64,000 nucleotides of DNA. Source: Candidatus Poribacteria bacterium (GTDB lineage Bacteria; Poribacteria; WGA-4E; PCPOR2b). Shown here piece by piece: positions 53,537-62,695 of the stretch (its first letter is position 1; every line of letters starts with the position of its first letter). Location of the stretch: contig OZ240245.1 of NCBI GenBank assembly GCA_965198175.1, positions 736,001 through 800,000 on the forward strand, in the 5' to 3' direction. The notes beneath the pieces are model-generated. The model was not told the origin of the DNA. It ran no database searches and saw only the letters and a list, made by a program, of their open reading frames with translations. The position numbers were made by a program, and so were the translations under genes.

Positions 53537-54331
53537 TCAATTAAAATGGGATTTCGGTCTTGCTTTGATTTTGCCCCATGTGGTTGATATCTTTCCAGCG
53601 GGATCCACGCCAAATTTTATGTCCGAATTAAAATTCTGCAAGACTTCATCTGCAGTTAGGGCGCGATCATAAAGCCCGACTTCGTCAACGAAGCCCTCCA
53701 TCGATTCATCGAAATTCGTATTTGCGCCAATGACACCCTGATTATTATTGGGTACGTTTGGCTTCAACGCTAGATCCCTTTCAGCCACCACTTCCCCGTT
53801 TAGATACAGCGTATTGTGTTGCTTTCCGTCATAGACAGCCGCGACATAGTGCCATTCGTCGAAGGTGGTGATATCGGGGCCAAAGGTATCAAAATTTGGG
53901 CCCCACTGCGTCATAAAGAGCCGATCAGCTCTATTATGCCCAGTCCCAATACCAAAACCTTCACCACCAGGTCCCCTCCAAAAGCCGTATGTAACAATAT
54001 ACTGAGACAAGGGAGCACTGACTTCTCTTTTAAACCAGGCAGACCATGTCGTGGCCGAACTTCCCTTCGGGAAACCTACGTTTTCAAAAAATACGGCATC
54101 GTCCCCAGAAAACTGTAGGGCTTTTCCGGATACCCCTTCAACAAACTTCGGATTGCCTCTGATAGTCCCATTGTTTGGTCCAACCTCGTCCCGGATTTCT
54201 CCGCCTTTTTCTTCATCTAAATGCCAGTAGCTCACAAGCCCATCTTCGACGATTTGAGCGCCTGCTGTACAATAAGCCAGAGTGGCTAGACCGGCAACGA
54301 CAAAAAGTATAGCGAACTTTCTGTTAATCAT
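53537..54331 (-). CDS. Secreted LamG-like protein (paralogue of the neighbour)
   Basis: Start at ATG 54331 after GGAGG; 'GLVSYWHL', 'WHYVAAVYDG', 'GFVDEVGLYDRALT', tail 'VDPAGKISTTWGKIK'. Confidence 0.88.
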   Translation of the reverse strand: MINRKFAILFVVAGLATLAYCTAGAQIVEDGLVSYWHLDEEKGGEIRDEVGPNNGTIRGNPKFVEGVSGKALQFSGDDAVFFENVGFPKGSSATTWSAWFKREVSAPLSQYIVTYGFWRGPGGEGFGIGTGHNRADRLFMTQWGPNFDTFGPDITTFDEWHYVAAVYDGKQHNTLYLNGEVVAERDLALKPNVPNNNQGVIGANTNFDESMEGFVDEVGLYDRALTADEVLQNFNSDIKFGVDPAGKISTTWGKIKARPKSHFN

Positions 54332-54711
54332 TGTTTTACCTCCCGATAATGCCGTTGAATCAACTCTCCCACAAGGCAAAATTATTGGAATCACTAATGC
54401 GCCTAATCCTCCATTGGGAATTGGCTGACAAATATTCATGCCTTGGACCAACGCACTATATATCTATCCTTTTAGTGTAACATGATTCGTAAAAAAAACA
54501 ACAGGAAATTCTGCGACGAAAAATATTGGCCCCGATATACCTCTCCTTTTGAAAACTACTGTTTTTTTTCTCGACAAAAAATTGACCTTTGTAGTAAACT
54601 AATTGGGTTACATTTTGTGTTACATTTACGAAGTAATGCCAACTTAACTCAACACGGTCGCCGCGATAGGTTCCAATAGGAAGAACTATCCCGGCATGGA
54701 GAAAGCTTAAA

Positions 54712-55542
54712 ATGGAGAATACATACGACTGCGCACCAACACTAACGGACTCGCAGGTGCTAGAATTCTGCAGGCGGGGCTTCCTGATGCTGGAGGCCGT
54801 CGTTCCCGATGAAATCAACCGGAAGGTGGTTGAATTTTTCGAAGAGCAGCCCAGGGGAGGTAACGCTGCGAGTATAGATGGAGTCGCCGAGAATGTGTTG
54901 CTTAATCCGCAAGCAACCGGTGCGATACGATCCCTCTTAGGCAAAAATTTCACTTATCCTTTTCACCTGGGTGAGGGACCTCGAGCCCAGTGTCCCATGC
55001 CCGCAGGTCCATGGCACGTCGATGGCGGTGCGGTGTTCGGACCCAAACTGGATAGTCTCCTAGCCTTCTACTATCCACAGGATACCCCACCGGAACTGGG
55101 ACCGACCGAGATATTGCCGGGTTCTCATTTCCTCATCGCCGACGGAATCCCTTCCATGGCGCATTACGGCAGCATTCGGGGCGCAGTTTCTACCACTGCC
55201 CCGGCAGGTTCTATCTTCTTAACCGCCTACACCGTCTGGCACCGTCGCGCCGCGTCCACGGCAAAGGCTGTCCGCAATCTGTCGAAGTATGGGTATACAC
55301 GAACTGTGCCGCCCACGCGCGACTGGATTCGAGAACCGGATTTTGAGCCTATGAGTGCCAAAGGTCTGCCCGCAGGTCCCACCTACCACCGCGAATATCA
55401 TCGCGCTATCAATGACGCTGCCGAGATGTTCTACTGGTTGTGTGGGAAAGAGGATGAATATCGCTTGTCCGCGCAGCACAATCAGCCTGTTTTCCTTTCC
55501 AAATACCACAATGTAAAGATGTCACAATCTGTAAATGAGTAA
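54712..55542 (+). CDS. PhyH-like Fe(II)/2OG dioxygenase
   Basis: 'WHVD...YYPQD...GPTEILPGSH...WHRR'. Confidence 0.85.
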   Translation: MENTYDCAPTLTDSQVLEFCRRGFLMLEAVVPDEINRKVVEFFEEQPRGGNAASIDGVAENVLLNPQATGAIRSLLGKNFTYPFHLGEGPRAQCPMPAGPWHVDGGAVFGPKLDSLLAFYYPQDTPPELGPTEILPGSHFLIADGIPSMAHYGSIRGAVSTTAPAGSIFLTAYTVWHRRAASTAKAVRNLSKYGYTRTVPPTRDWIREPDFEPMSAKGLPAGPTYHREYHRAINDAAEMFYWLCGKEDEYRLSAQHNQPVFLSKYHNVKMSQSVNE

Positions 55543-55607
55543 CCGATCGGCGGTTGTCACCCCGCCGGAACCGGCGGACTCAACTCTAGTTTCAATCAGC
55601 CCTTCCC

Positions 55608-56567
55608 ATGAAATACCAGAGCTTTTCGACGCTCATGGATAAAATTGTCCGTTTTACCGAGTCGCCGTTCTACACAACCCTGACCCCGCTCATTTCGACG
55701 CTTTTACTGTTGGTAATGGGTGTACTCGCTGTCGCCAATATTAGCGCTGATGACGACGTTGCAGAGGGACCGCCGGCGGAGATTACCTCCCCGACCGACG
55801 GGGCTTTGATGCGCCTGATTCCCGCAGGTGAGTTTCAAATGGGAGACCATTTCGATGACGGTGCTGACGACGACCTGCCGGTGCACACCGTCTATCTCGA
55901 CGATTTCTACATTGATGTCTATGAAGTGACAAACGCCCAATACAAAAAGTTTATGGAGGAAAAAGGACACCGGGCGCCGCCATTTTGGAACGATTCGCAA
56001 TATAACCTACCCAATCACCCGGTTGTCGGTGTCAATTGGCATGACGCCGTCGCCTACGCGAAATGGGCGGGAAAGCAGCTTCCAACCGAAGCCCAGTGGG
56101 AAAAAGCCGCCAGAGGCGGGTTGGTGGGGAAACGTTATGTGTGGGGCGATTCGCCAACCCCGCCGCAAGGAGCAGGGAACTTGGCTGATGAAGCTGCCAA
56201 GAGAGCGTTTCCCAGTTGGACAGTCTTTGAAGGGTATGATGACGGTTATGCACGTACCGCTCCTGTTGGCAGTTTTTCGCCCAACGGCTACGGTGTGCAC
56301 GATATGGCAGGCAATGTCTGGGAGTGGTGCATGGACGAATATCAAGCGGGCTTCTATACGACCGGCCCAAAGAACAATCCGGTGGCTGGAGGATTACTCG
56401 ATTTTGTGAATGGCTACCTCAGGGGTATAACATCGGATCGCGTTCTGCGCGGCGGGTCTTGGTTCGATATTCCGAGCCACCTGCCCGTGGCGCTCCGCCT
56501 CAACTACGATCCCTCGGACAACCAAAACTTCCGCGGGTTTCGTTGCACAGGACTTGATACCCCTTAG
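55608..56567 (+). CDS. FGE-sulfatase (SUMF1/C-type lectin fold) domain protein with N-terminal hydrophobic segment
   Basis: 'IPAGEFQMG', 'YEVTNAQY', 'LPTEAQWEKAARGG', 'DMAGNVWEW', 'RVLRGGSW...GFRC'; catalytic FGE cysteines absent. Confidence 0.92.
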   Translation: MKYQSFSTLMDKIVRFTESPFYTTLTPLISTLLLLVMGVLAVANISADDDVAEGPPAEITSPTDGALMRLIPAGEFQMGDHFDDGADDDLPVHTVYLDDFYIDVYEVTNAQYKKFMEEKGHRAPPFWNDSQYNLPNHPVVGVNWHDAVAYAKWAGKQLPTEAQWEKAARGGLVGKRYVWGDSPTPPQGAGNLADEAAKRAFPSWTVFEGYDDGYARTAPVGSFSPNGYGVHDMAGNVWEWCMDEYQAGFYTTGPKNNPVAGGLLDFVNGYLRGITSDRVLRGGSWFDIPSHLPVALRLNYDPSDNQNFRGFRCTGLDTP

Positions 56568-56887
56568 CGCCTTATCACCTTCACCGCGTAGCATTTCATC
56601 TTGATGGATTGTCAAGGGTGAGATGTTTCTTCGGCCTTAATTTAAGACAAAAACCACAAACATCTGTAGATGTCAGTGGATTGATCTGTTTCTGCGTCCG
56701 ATATTCACTCCTTAGGACAATTTGCCCCAAAGAGTTTACATACCTTGATGGCCTCACAAAAACTATTGATGGCTGTAACCGGTTTATCCTCCACAGAGAA
56801 TCTTCTCGCTTAAGCAACGAATCTCTAAAGTGAGATAATAGCGGAGGTTCATACCGGTTTTGAAATCCAGGTGAATTGGAGGAATAG

Positions 56888-58288
56888 ATGCACACACGAC
56901 TTGAGAAAGACAGTATGGGCAAAGTTGAAGTCCCCGCAGGTCGATACTGGGGAGCGCAAACCCAACGGTCAATCCACAATTTTAAGATTGGTGGTGAGCG
57001 TTTTCCGCGCGAGATGATCTGGGCGCTCGGAATCGTGAAGCGTTCCGCCGCCGAAGTGAACGCCCAACTGGGGGAATTGGAACAAGCTAAAGCGAATGTT
57101 ATCATCACAGCCGCTCAGGAAGTGATTGATGGTATCCTTGATGATCATTTTCCCTTAGTCGTCTGGCAGACCGGCAGCGGCACACAGACGAATATGAACG
57201 TGAATGAGGTGATTGCCAACCGGGCGATTGAGATGCTGGGGGGCGTTCTGGGCAGTAACCATCCCATCCATCCAAACGACCACGTTAACAGGTCTCAATC
57301 AACCAATGACACCTTTCCAACCGCTATCCACGTTGCCATGGTGGAGAGTATTCACCGTCGGCTTATTCCCGCAGTGACAAGTTTGCAGAGCGCGCTTGCC
57401 AACCAAGTCGAAGCGTGCAAAGACATTGTGAAGATTGGGCGCACACACCTGCAAGATGCAACCCCGCTGACGCTCGGGCAAGAGTTCTCAGGATACGCAT
57501 CTCAGTTGACCCACGCGCTCCGTGCAATAGATGGCTGTCTCGCTCATCTTTATGAATTGCCGATTGGCGGAACTGCAGTCGGTACCGGTTTAAACACCCA
57601 TCCCGAATTCGCGGTTAACGCTGCGGCGTCAATAGCAAGGCTAACTGCCTTCCCTTTTGTAACGGCGCCTAATAAATTTGAAGCACTTGGTGCCCGAGAT
57701 GCTGTTGTCGAAGCGAGCGGCGCGTTCAAAACGCTGGCGTGTTCGCTCAATAAGATTGCAAATGACATCCGGTGGCTATCGAGCGGTCCGCACTGCGGAA
57801 TTGGAGAACTTATCCTGCCATCAAACGGATTGGCGAGTTCCATTATGCCGGGCAAGACCAATCCAACGCAGAGTGAAGCGATGACTATGGTTTGCGCGCA
57901 GGTTATCGGAAACGATACTACCATCGCCATAGCCGGTGCTTCCGGCAACTTTGAACTCAATGTGTTTATGCCCGTTATCGCTTTTAACGCCTTGCAATCA
58001 ATTCGTCTTTTGGGGGACGTTTGCAACTCATTTACCCAAAACTGTGCGCTCGGTATTCGTCCAAACTTGCAAAAAATCAATCGTTATCTAAACGACTCCT
58101 TAATGCTGGTAACCGCGCTCTCGCCCAAAATTGGCTATGACAACGCTGCTCTGGTGGCGAAAACCGCGCTCACAGAAGGTAAAACGCTGCGGCAGGCTGC
58201 TCTGGAACTGAACCTCTTGAACGCGGCAGAATTCGATCAAACCGTCGATCCCAGTAAAATGATTGGCCCAAACGTGAAGGCAGATTAG
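56888..58288 (+). CDS. fumC: Class II fumarate hydratase
   Basis: 'WGAQTQRS', '[12 protein letters not shown]', 'SQSTNDTFP', '[12 protein letters not shown]', '[12 protein letters not shown]'. Confidence 0.93.
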   Translation: MHTRLEKDSMGKVEVPAGRYWGAQTQRSIHNFKIGGERFPREMIWALGIVKRSAAEVNAQLGELEQAKANVIITAAQEVIDGILDDHFPLVVWQTGSGTQTNMNVNEVIANRAIEMLGGVLGSNHPIHPNDHVNRSQSTNDTFPTAIHVAMVESIHRRLIPAVTSLQSALANQVEACKDIVKIGRTHLQDATPLTLGQEFSGYASQLTHALRAIDGCLAHLYELPIGGTAVGTGLNTHPEFAVNAAASIARLTAFPFVTAPNKFEALGARDAVVEASGAFKTLACSLNKIANDIRWLSSGPHCGIGELILPSNGLASSIMPGKTNPTQSEAMTMVCAQVIGNDTTIAIAGASGNFELNVFMPVIAFNALQSIRLLGDVCNSFTQNCALGIRPNLQKINRYLNDSLMLVTALSPKIGYDNAALVAKTALTEGKTLRQAALELNLLNAAEFDQTVDPSKMIGPNVKAD

Positions 58289-58503
58289 CCCTTCCTACTA
58301 TCAGACGAGGAATCCTATTGATAAGCCAATTACTGACTTTCATGAGACGTTCTTAAATCTCCGTCATTTCTGTCTAACGATGGGGGAAAGTCCAAACAGC
58401 AACCTTTCAATGTCGTTTTTTATCGGCATGCAAGGGAACGGACCGGCCCTTTCTTGAATTTTACGACGAACAATTTCAAACAACAGTTCAATTTTATAGA
58501 GGG

Positions 58504-58532
58504 TTGCCTCAGTGATGTTTATCAGGTATAAT
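58504..58532 (+). promoter_or_regulatory. Putative sigma70 promoter upstream of tkt
   Basis: TTGCCT-17 nt-TATAAT. Confidence 0.5.
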
Positions 58533-58687
58533 ATGCCTATTAATCTGAATCTTACAAGAAATTTGTAATGGTCAAGTAGAATATAGACACTCGCAAACGC
58601 TTTGTTCTTGCGCTCCAGCGGAGCGCCATGTTTATAGCCGCCTAAAATTTCCAGCCTTCTGCTCCAGCGGAGCAGAATGTGATTCTT

Positions 58688-58719
58688 GAAACCGAGTTTT
58701 TTCTTGAAAACTCGGTTTC
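58688..58719. repeat. 32-nt palindromic repeat, copy 1 (upstream of tkt)
   Basis: GAAACCGAGTTTT-ttcttg-AAAACTCGGTTTC; 31/32 identical to 60716-60747. Confidence 0.8.
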
Positions 58720-58852
58720 TGTAACTCCATACCCCTCGGCTTGGATTTCCAAGCCCTCATTGATAGAACCTGTCAATCTGCGGTAGCAGCACAATGTGTA
58801 AACCATCTTCGTGACCAATACACGAAATTTAAATGAGAAAGGATAACACCGA

Positions 58853-60697
58853 ATGACCGAAGACCTGAGGGCGCTTCTGAAGCAGAAGGCCAGTAACTTG
58901 CGCATTCACTCAATCATATCGACATCCGAAGCCGGATCCGGCCATCCAACGACGTGTATGTCAGCCGCAGATATCGTTTCTACGCTCTTTTTTCACGCCA
59001 TGCGTTATGATCGTCGTAACCCGCGTAACCCGAACAACGATCGCTTCATCTTATCAAAAGGTCATGCTGCTCCAATACTCTACGCCGCTTGGGCAGAGGC
59101 AGGCATTATTTCCGTCGAAGATTTACTCGCTTTGCGCCGAATTGACAGCGACCTAGAGGGGCACCCCACCCCGCGTCTTGACTGGGTTGATGTGGCAACC
59201 GGATCCTTGGGACAAGGATTGTCAATTGGCGTCGGAATGGCGCTTAACGGGAAATACTTGGATAAATCCGATTATCGCGTCTACGTCCTGATGGGCGATG
59301 GCGAATCGGCTGAAGGTGGAGTTTGGGAAGCAGTTGCGTTGGCTTCACACCACAAACTCAACAACCTAATTGGTATTGTTGATGTCAACGGCAGAGGGCA
59401 AAGCCAACGCACGATGTATGGGTTCGACACCGATTCTTATTGCCGCCGCTTTGAGTCGTTCGGTTGGAACGCAATCGCAATTGATGGACACAATCTTGAC
59501 GAAATTTTATCCGCGCTGGATGAAGCGAAGGCTTCCACAATTCAGCCAACAATGATTGTCGCAAAGACTCTTAAGGGCAAAGGGGTCTCATTTGTTGAGG
59601 ACAAAGAGGATTGGCACGGAAAAGCGATTCCCAAGGGCGAACAACTCGATGCAGCGCTGAATGAACTCGGTCCTCTCGGCTCAAATGGCGGGTTTCAGAT
59701 TGAAACGCCGCCTGATCATCGAACAACCGTGAAGCAGGAAATACGCGAGGTCGCACCGCCCGATTACCAGATTGGCGCAGAGGTAGCGTCTCGCAGTGGA
59801 TACGGCGCAGGGCTTTCAAAATTGGGAGATGTAAACCCGCAGATTGTTGCGCTGGATGCGGATGTAAAAAATTCCACCTACGCCGATCAATTTATGGAGA
59901 AACACAGTAATCGGTATTTTGAAATGTTTATCGCAGAACAGAACCTCGTCGGTTCAGGAATTGGGCTGTCAAAATGCGGAAAGGTGCCGTTTGTCTCAAG
60001 CTTCGCCGCATTTCTGACCCGATCCGCGGATCAGATTCGTATGTCCGCAATCTCCCAAGCGAATATCAAATACGTCGGCTCCCATGCTGGCATCTCGATT
60101 GGCGAAGATGGCCCATCGCAAATGGGCTTAGAGGATCTGGCGATGTTCCGCACGCTTCCAGGATCGGTTGTGCTCTATCCGAGCGATGCAGTCGCAGCGG
60201 AGCGTCTAGTCGTCGAAGCCGCGCGGCATGAAGGAATCGTTTATATTCGCACCTCGCGTCCCAAAACCCCCGTAATCTATTCAAACGATGAACCCTTCCC
60301 CATTGGAGGCTGCAAGGTCCTTCGAGAAGGTCCGGATGATCAGGCTACCGTCGTCGGGGCGGGTGTTACACTCAACGAGGCGCTGAAAGCCTACGAGGGT
60401 CTCAAATCAGAAGGCATCTCCATTCGCGTCATCGATCTCTACTCCGTCAAGCCCGTTGATACGGAGTTGTTACTTCGGGCAGCCGCTGTCACGAATAACA
60501 CGCTGATTACGGTCGAAGATCACTATCGGGAGGGCGGGCTTGGCGACGCTGTCCTCGACGCAGTCGCATCCGAGGGAATTAAAGTTCACAAACTCGCCGT
60601 TAACAGCCTTCCTCGATCCGGAAAACCTGAAGAACTCATGGAGCGGCACGGTATTACCGCGGCGTGCATCGCTCGTAAGGTGAGAGAGATTGCCTAA
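58853..60697 (+). CDS. tkt: Transketolase (short ~614-aa type)
   Basis: 'SGHPT', 'DRFILSKGHA', 'ATGSLGQGL', ThDP motif 'GDGE...N', 'IGEDGPSQM'. Confidence 0.93.
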   Translation: MTEDLRALLKQKASNLRIHSIISTSEAGSGHPTTCMSAADIVSTLFFHAMRYDRRNPRNPNNDRFILSKGHAAPILYAAWAEAGIISVEDLLALRRIDSDLEGHPTPRLDWVDVATGSLGQGLSIGVGMALNGKYLDKSDYRVYVLMGDGESAEGGVWEAVALASHHKLNNLIGIVDVNGRGQSQRTMYGFDTDSYCRRFESFGWNAIAIDGHNLDEILSALDEAKASTIQPTMIVAKTLKGKGVSFVEDKEDWHGKAIPKGEQLDAALNELGPLGSNGGFQIETPPDHRTTVKQEIREVAPPDYQIGAEVASRSGYGAGLSKLGDVNPQIVALDADVKNSTYADQFMEKHSNRYFEMFIAEQNLVGSGIGLSKCGKVPFVSSFAAFLTRSADQIRMSAISQANIKYVGSHAGISIGEDGPSQMGLEDLAMFRTLPGSVVLYPSDAVAAERLVVEAARHEGIVYIRTSRPKTPVIYSNDEPFPIGGCKVLREGPDDQATVVGAGVTLNEALKAYEGLKSEGISIRVIDLYSVKPVDTELLLRAAAVTNNTLITVEDHYREGGLGDAVLDAVASEGIKVHKLAVNSLPRSGKPEELMERHGITAACIARKVREIA

Positions 60698-60715
60698 TCA
60701 GGTGACAAACTCGCC

Positions 60716-60747
60716 GAAACCGAGGTTTTTCTTGAAAACTCGGTTTC
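60716..60747. repeat. 32-nt palindromic repeat, copy 2 (downstream of tkt, possible terminator)
   Basis: GAAACCGAGGTTTTTCTTGAAAACTCGGTTTC, 18 nt after the tkt stop. Confidence 0.8.
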
Positions 60748-60887
60748 TTTAACGGGTCAGTATTTTGCTCACTACCTCAATCCCCGACGATTATATGAAA
60801 TCAAGCGAGACGCCGACACTGGGGCTTGACTGCGCGCAATTCAAACCCAAAACTCTCCCCTCCTCTCCCAAGCCAGACCCTGCACTA

Positions 60888-60916
60888 TTGACGCGGTTCA
60901 TATTGTCTGCTATAAT
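60888..60916 (+). promoter_or_regulatory. Near-consensus sigma70 promoter with extended -10
   Basis: TTGACG-17 nt-TATAAT with TG immediately upstream (TGcTATAAT). Confidence 0.65.
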
Positions 60917-61046
60917 CCTAATTATGAAACACGGACATCCGTAGGTCCGAAATTCTCCCCATTGCGATGGCGGAGCGAGACGGGATCTCCTCCACCGCGT
61001 AGGGAACGCCGCGCTGCATTCCCGATTAAATCGGAAACTTAGCGGT

Positions 61047-61181
61047 GGTCCTGTAGGTTGGGTTGAACGATAAACCGACCGAATAGGGAGGGCGATAGTT
61101 CTTATCTCCAGTATCGAAGTCGAAACCGGTTCCACATCCGATGCACTACCTGTTCTCGATAGACACTTTGCGAAACCCAAC
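61047..61181 (+). repeat. REP-derived element (GTAGGTTGGGTTGAACG ... GCGAAACCCAAC)
   Basis: Arms match the 35217 REP with ~100 nt between them; first 23 nt recur at 61811-61833 with 2 mismatches. Confidence 0.65.
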
Positions 61182-61340
61182 GCTTCATCTTTGCACGATG
61201 CACTTTCGCCCCACATGAACCAATATCAATTGACAATTAGCGGGCTTTGGGGTGTCGAATCGTTTTCCGCTGGAAGCGCCCGATGAATGGAGCGTGTAGA
61301 GTCAATCTACGCTCAACTTTCAGACAAACACAGTTAGCAG

Positions 61341-61539
61341 ATGCCGCGTAAGATAAGAGACCTCATCAAAGACCTTGAAACTGCTGGATTTCTAAACTGT
61401 GGTGGAAAAGGCAGTTCATAGGAAATTTGTCCATCCGAAAGTTTCTAAATCTGTGATACTCTCCGGTCAGCCCAGGGCTGATTCAAAGCACTATCAAGAA
61501 AAGGATGTCAAAGCCGCTATTGAGGAATCGCAAAAATGA
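61341..61539 (+). pseudogene. hicA: HicA-family toxin, frameshifted
   Basis: Not in the ORF track. MPRKIRDLIKDLETAGFLNCGGKGS/HRKFVHPKVSKSVILSG...YQEKDVKAAIEESQK*; one extra T at 61415-61416 gives TAG at 61419-61421; restored stop overlaps the hicB start (ATGA). Confidence 0.88.
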
Positions 61540-61775
61540 ACACAAGCAGCCGTTACGTCAAGATTGTTGAATGGTCTGATGAAGACCAATGCTATGTTGG
61601 CAGTTGTCCGGGACTCTTTTATGGTGGATGTCACGGGGATAATGAACAAAAGGTGTTCTCAGAACTGTGTCGCATCGTTGAAGAGACTATCCAACTATTT
61701 CAACGAGACGGAAGACCACTGCCTTTAGCGACATCCGGAAAAGACTATGCTAACAAGATGTTGGAATTTGCCTAA
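61536..61775 (+). CDS. hicB: HicB-like antitoxin (short form)
   Basis: 'YVKIVEWSDEDQCYVGSCPGL...CHGD...GRPLP' HicB pattern; coupled to the hicA remnant. Confidence 0.85.
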   Translation: MNTSSRYVKIVEWSDEDQCYVGSCPGLFYGGCHGDNEQKVFSELCRIVEETIQLFQRDGRPLPLATSGKDYANKMLEFA

Positions 61776-61810
61776 CAAGCCGTTGCACTTGAGCGGGAGA
61801 TGTTCTTTTT

Positions 61811-61921
61811 GGTCCTGTAGGTAAGGTTGAACGGCATCCACGAAACAGACCAAGCATCCCACTTGGATTGCGGCGGTTGATTCTGACTAAAATCTCCCAA
61901 ATCTAGTGAACCCCAACCTAT
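61811..61921 (+). repeat. Second REP-derived element
   Basis: GGTCCTGTAGGTAAGGTTGAACG ... GTGAACCCCAACCTAT. Confidence 0.6.
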
Positions 61922-62018
61922 ACCACAGAAATCTATGAATCATTGAGCACCGTTTGTTTTCTCTTGAACGGGAGTCGCATAATCCACACAATCCCCATAG
62001 ATAAGGAGACAAAATCCG

Positions 62019-62303
62019 ATGGCGAAGATGAAGTGTCCCCGGTGTGGTTCCGAGGAAATCATGCACAACTTGAGGATTCGAGATCGCACCGACACGGTAG
62101 GACCTGCAGAAGACTTAGAACTTGAAGTACAGGGTAACCCTGATGCCCTGATTTTCAAGCAAGCCCGCAAAGCGAAACTGAGAGCGACGGTTTGCGGCGG
62201 ATGTGGTAACGTCGGACTTTCCGTAGACAACCCAAAAGCATTATGGGCAACCTACGCCCACCAAAGGAATTCCCAAAAGGCACTCCATAAACGCTCTTCG
62301 TAG
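62019..62303 (+). CDS. Small Zn-ribbon-like hypothetical protein
   Basis: AAGGAG RBS; CPRC ... CGGC pairs. Confidence 0.7.
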   Translation: MAKMKCPRCGSEEIMHNLRIRDRTDTVGPAEDLELEVQGNPDALIFKQARKAKLRATVCGGCGNVGLSVDNPKALWATYAHQRNSQKALHKRSS

Positions 62304-62695
62304 GTACGCTTTGATGAAGTGCAAAAATTTGATTGGGTAATTTCCAAGTACCTCTACATAATAGCAACTTCTTCATACCTAACTTGTGCTGCTAACCATC
62401 GGGTGTTTCTCGCCAAACATCCCTTCGAAGTAGAGCGAGTGCACGTAGGAGGGAATTCCGATTCCCGACAACCCCCTCCGTCCTTCAGGAAGCTATGAAT
62501 TTTCACAGTAACCTAGTCACACCATTGTGCGTGTGAGCACATCAATGATCCGTCCTAGACTGTATTTGCGCCCTTTTTTGCGTCACAAAAATGGTCACAC
62601 GGTTTTCGAATTACTGTGAAAAACTGTGAAATTCCCAATTGTCTCCGAATAAAATTTACCATTTACAATTTGCACTTCCCGTGTCCTGTATCACC

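Noticed and set aside
55608..56567. Catalytic formylglycine-generating enzyme
   Set aside because: The active-site Cys pair after RGGS is absent.
56596..57108. 170-aa minus-strand ORF
   Set aside because: Partly antisense to fumC and without a recognisable domain.
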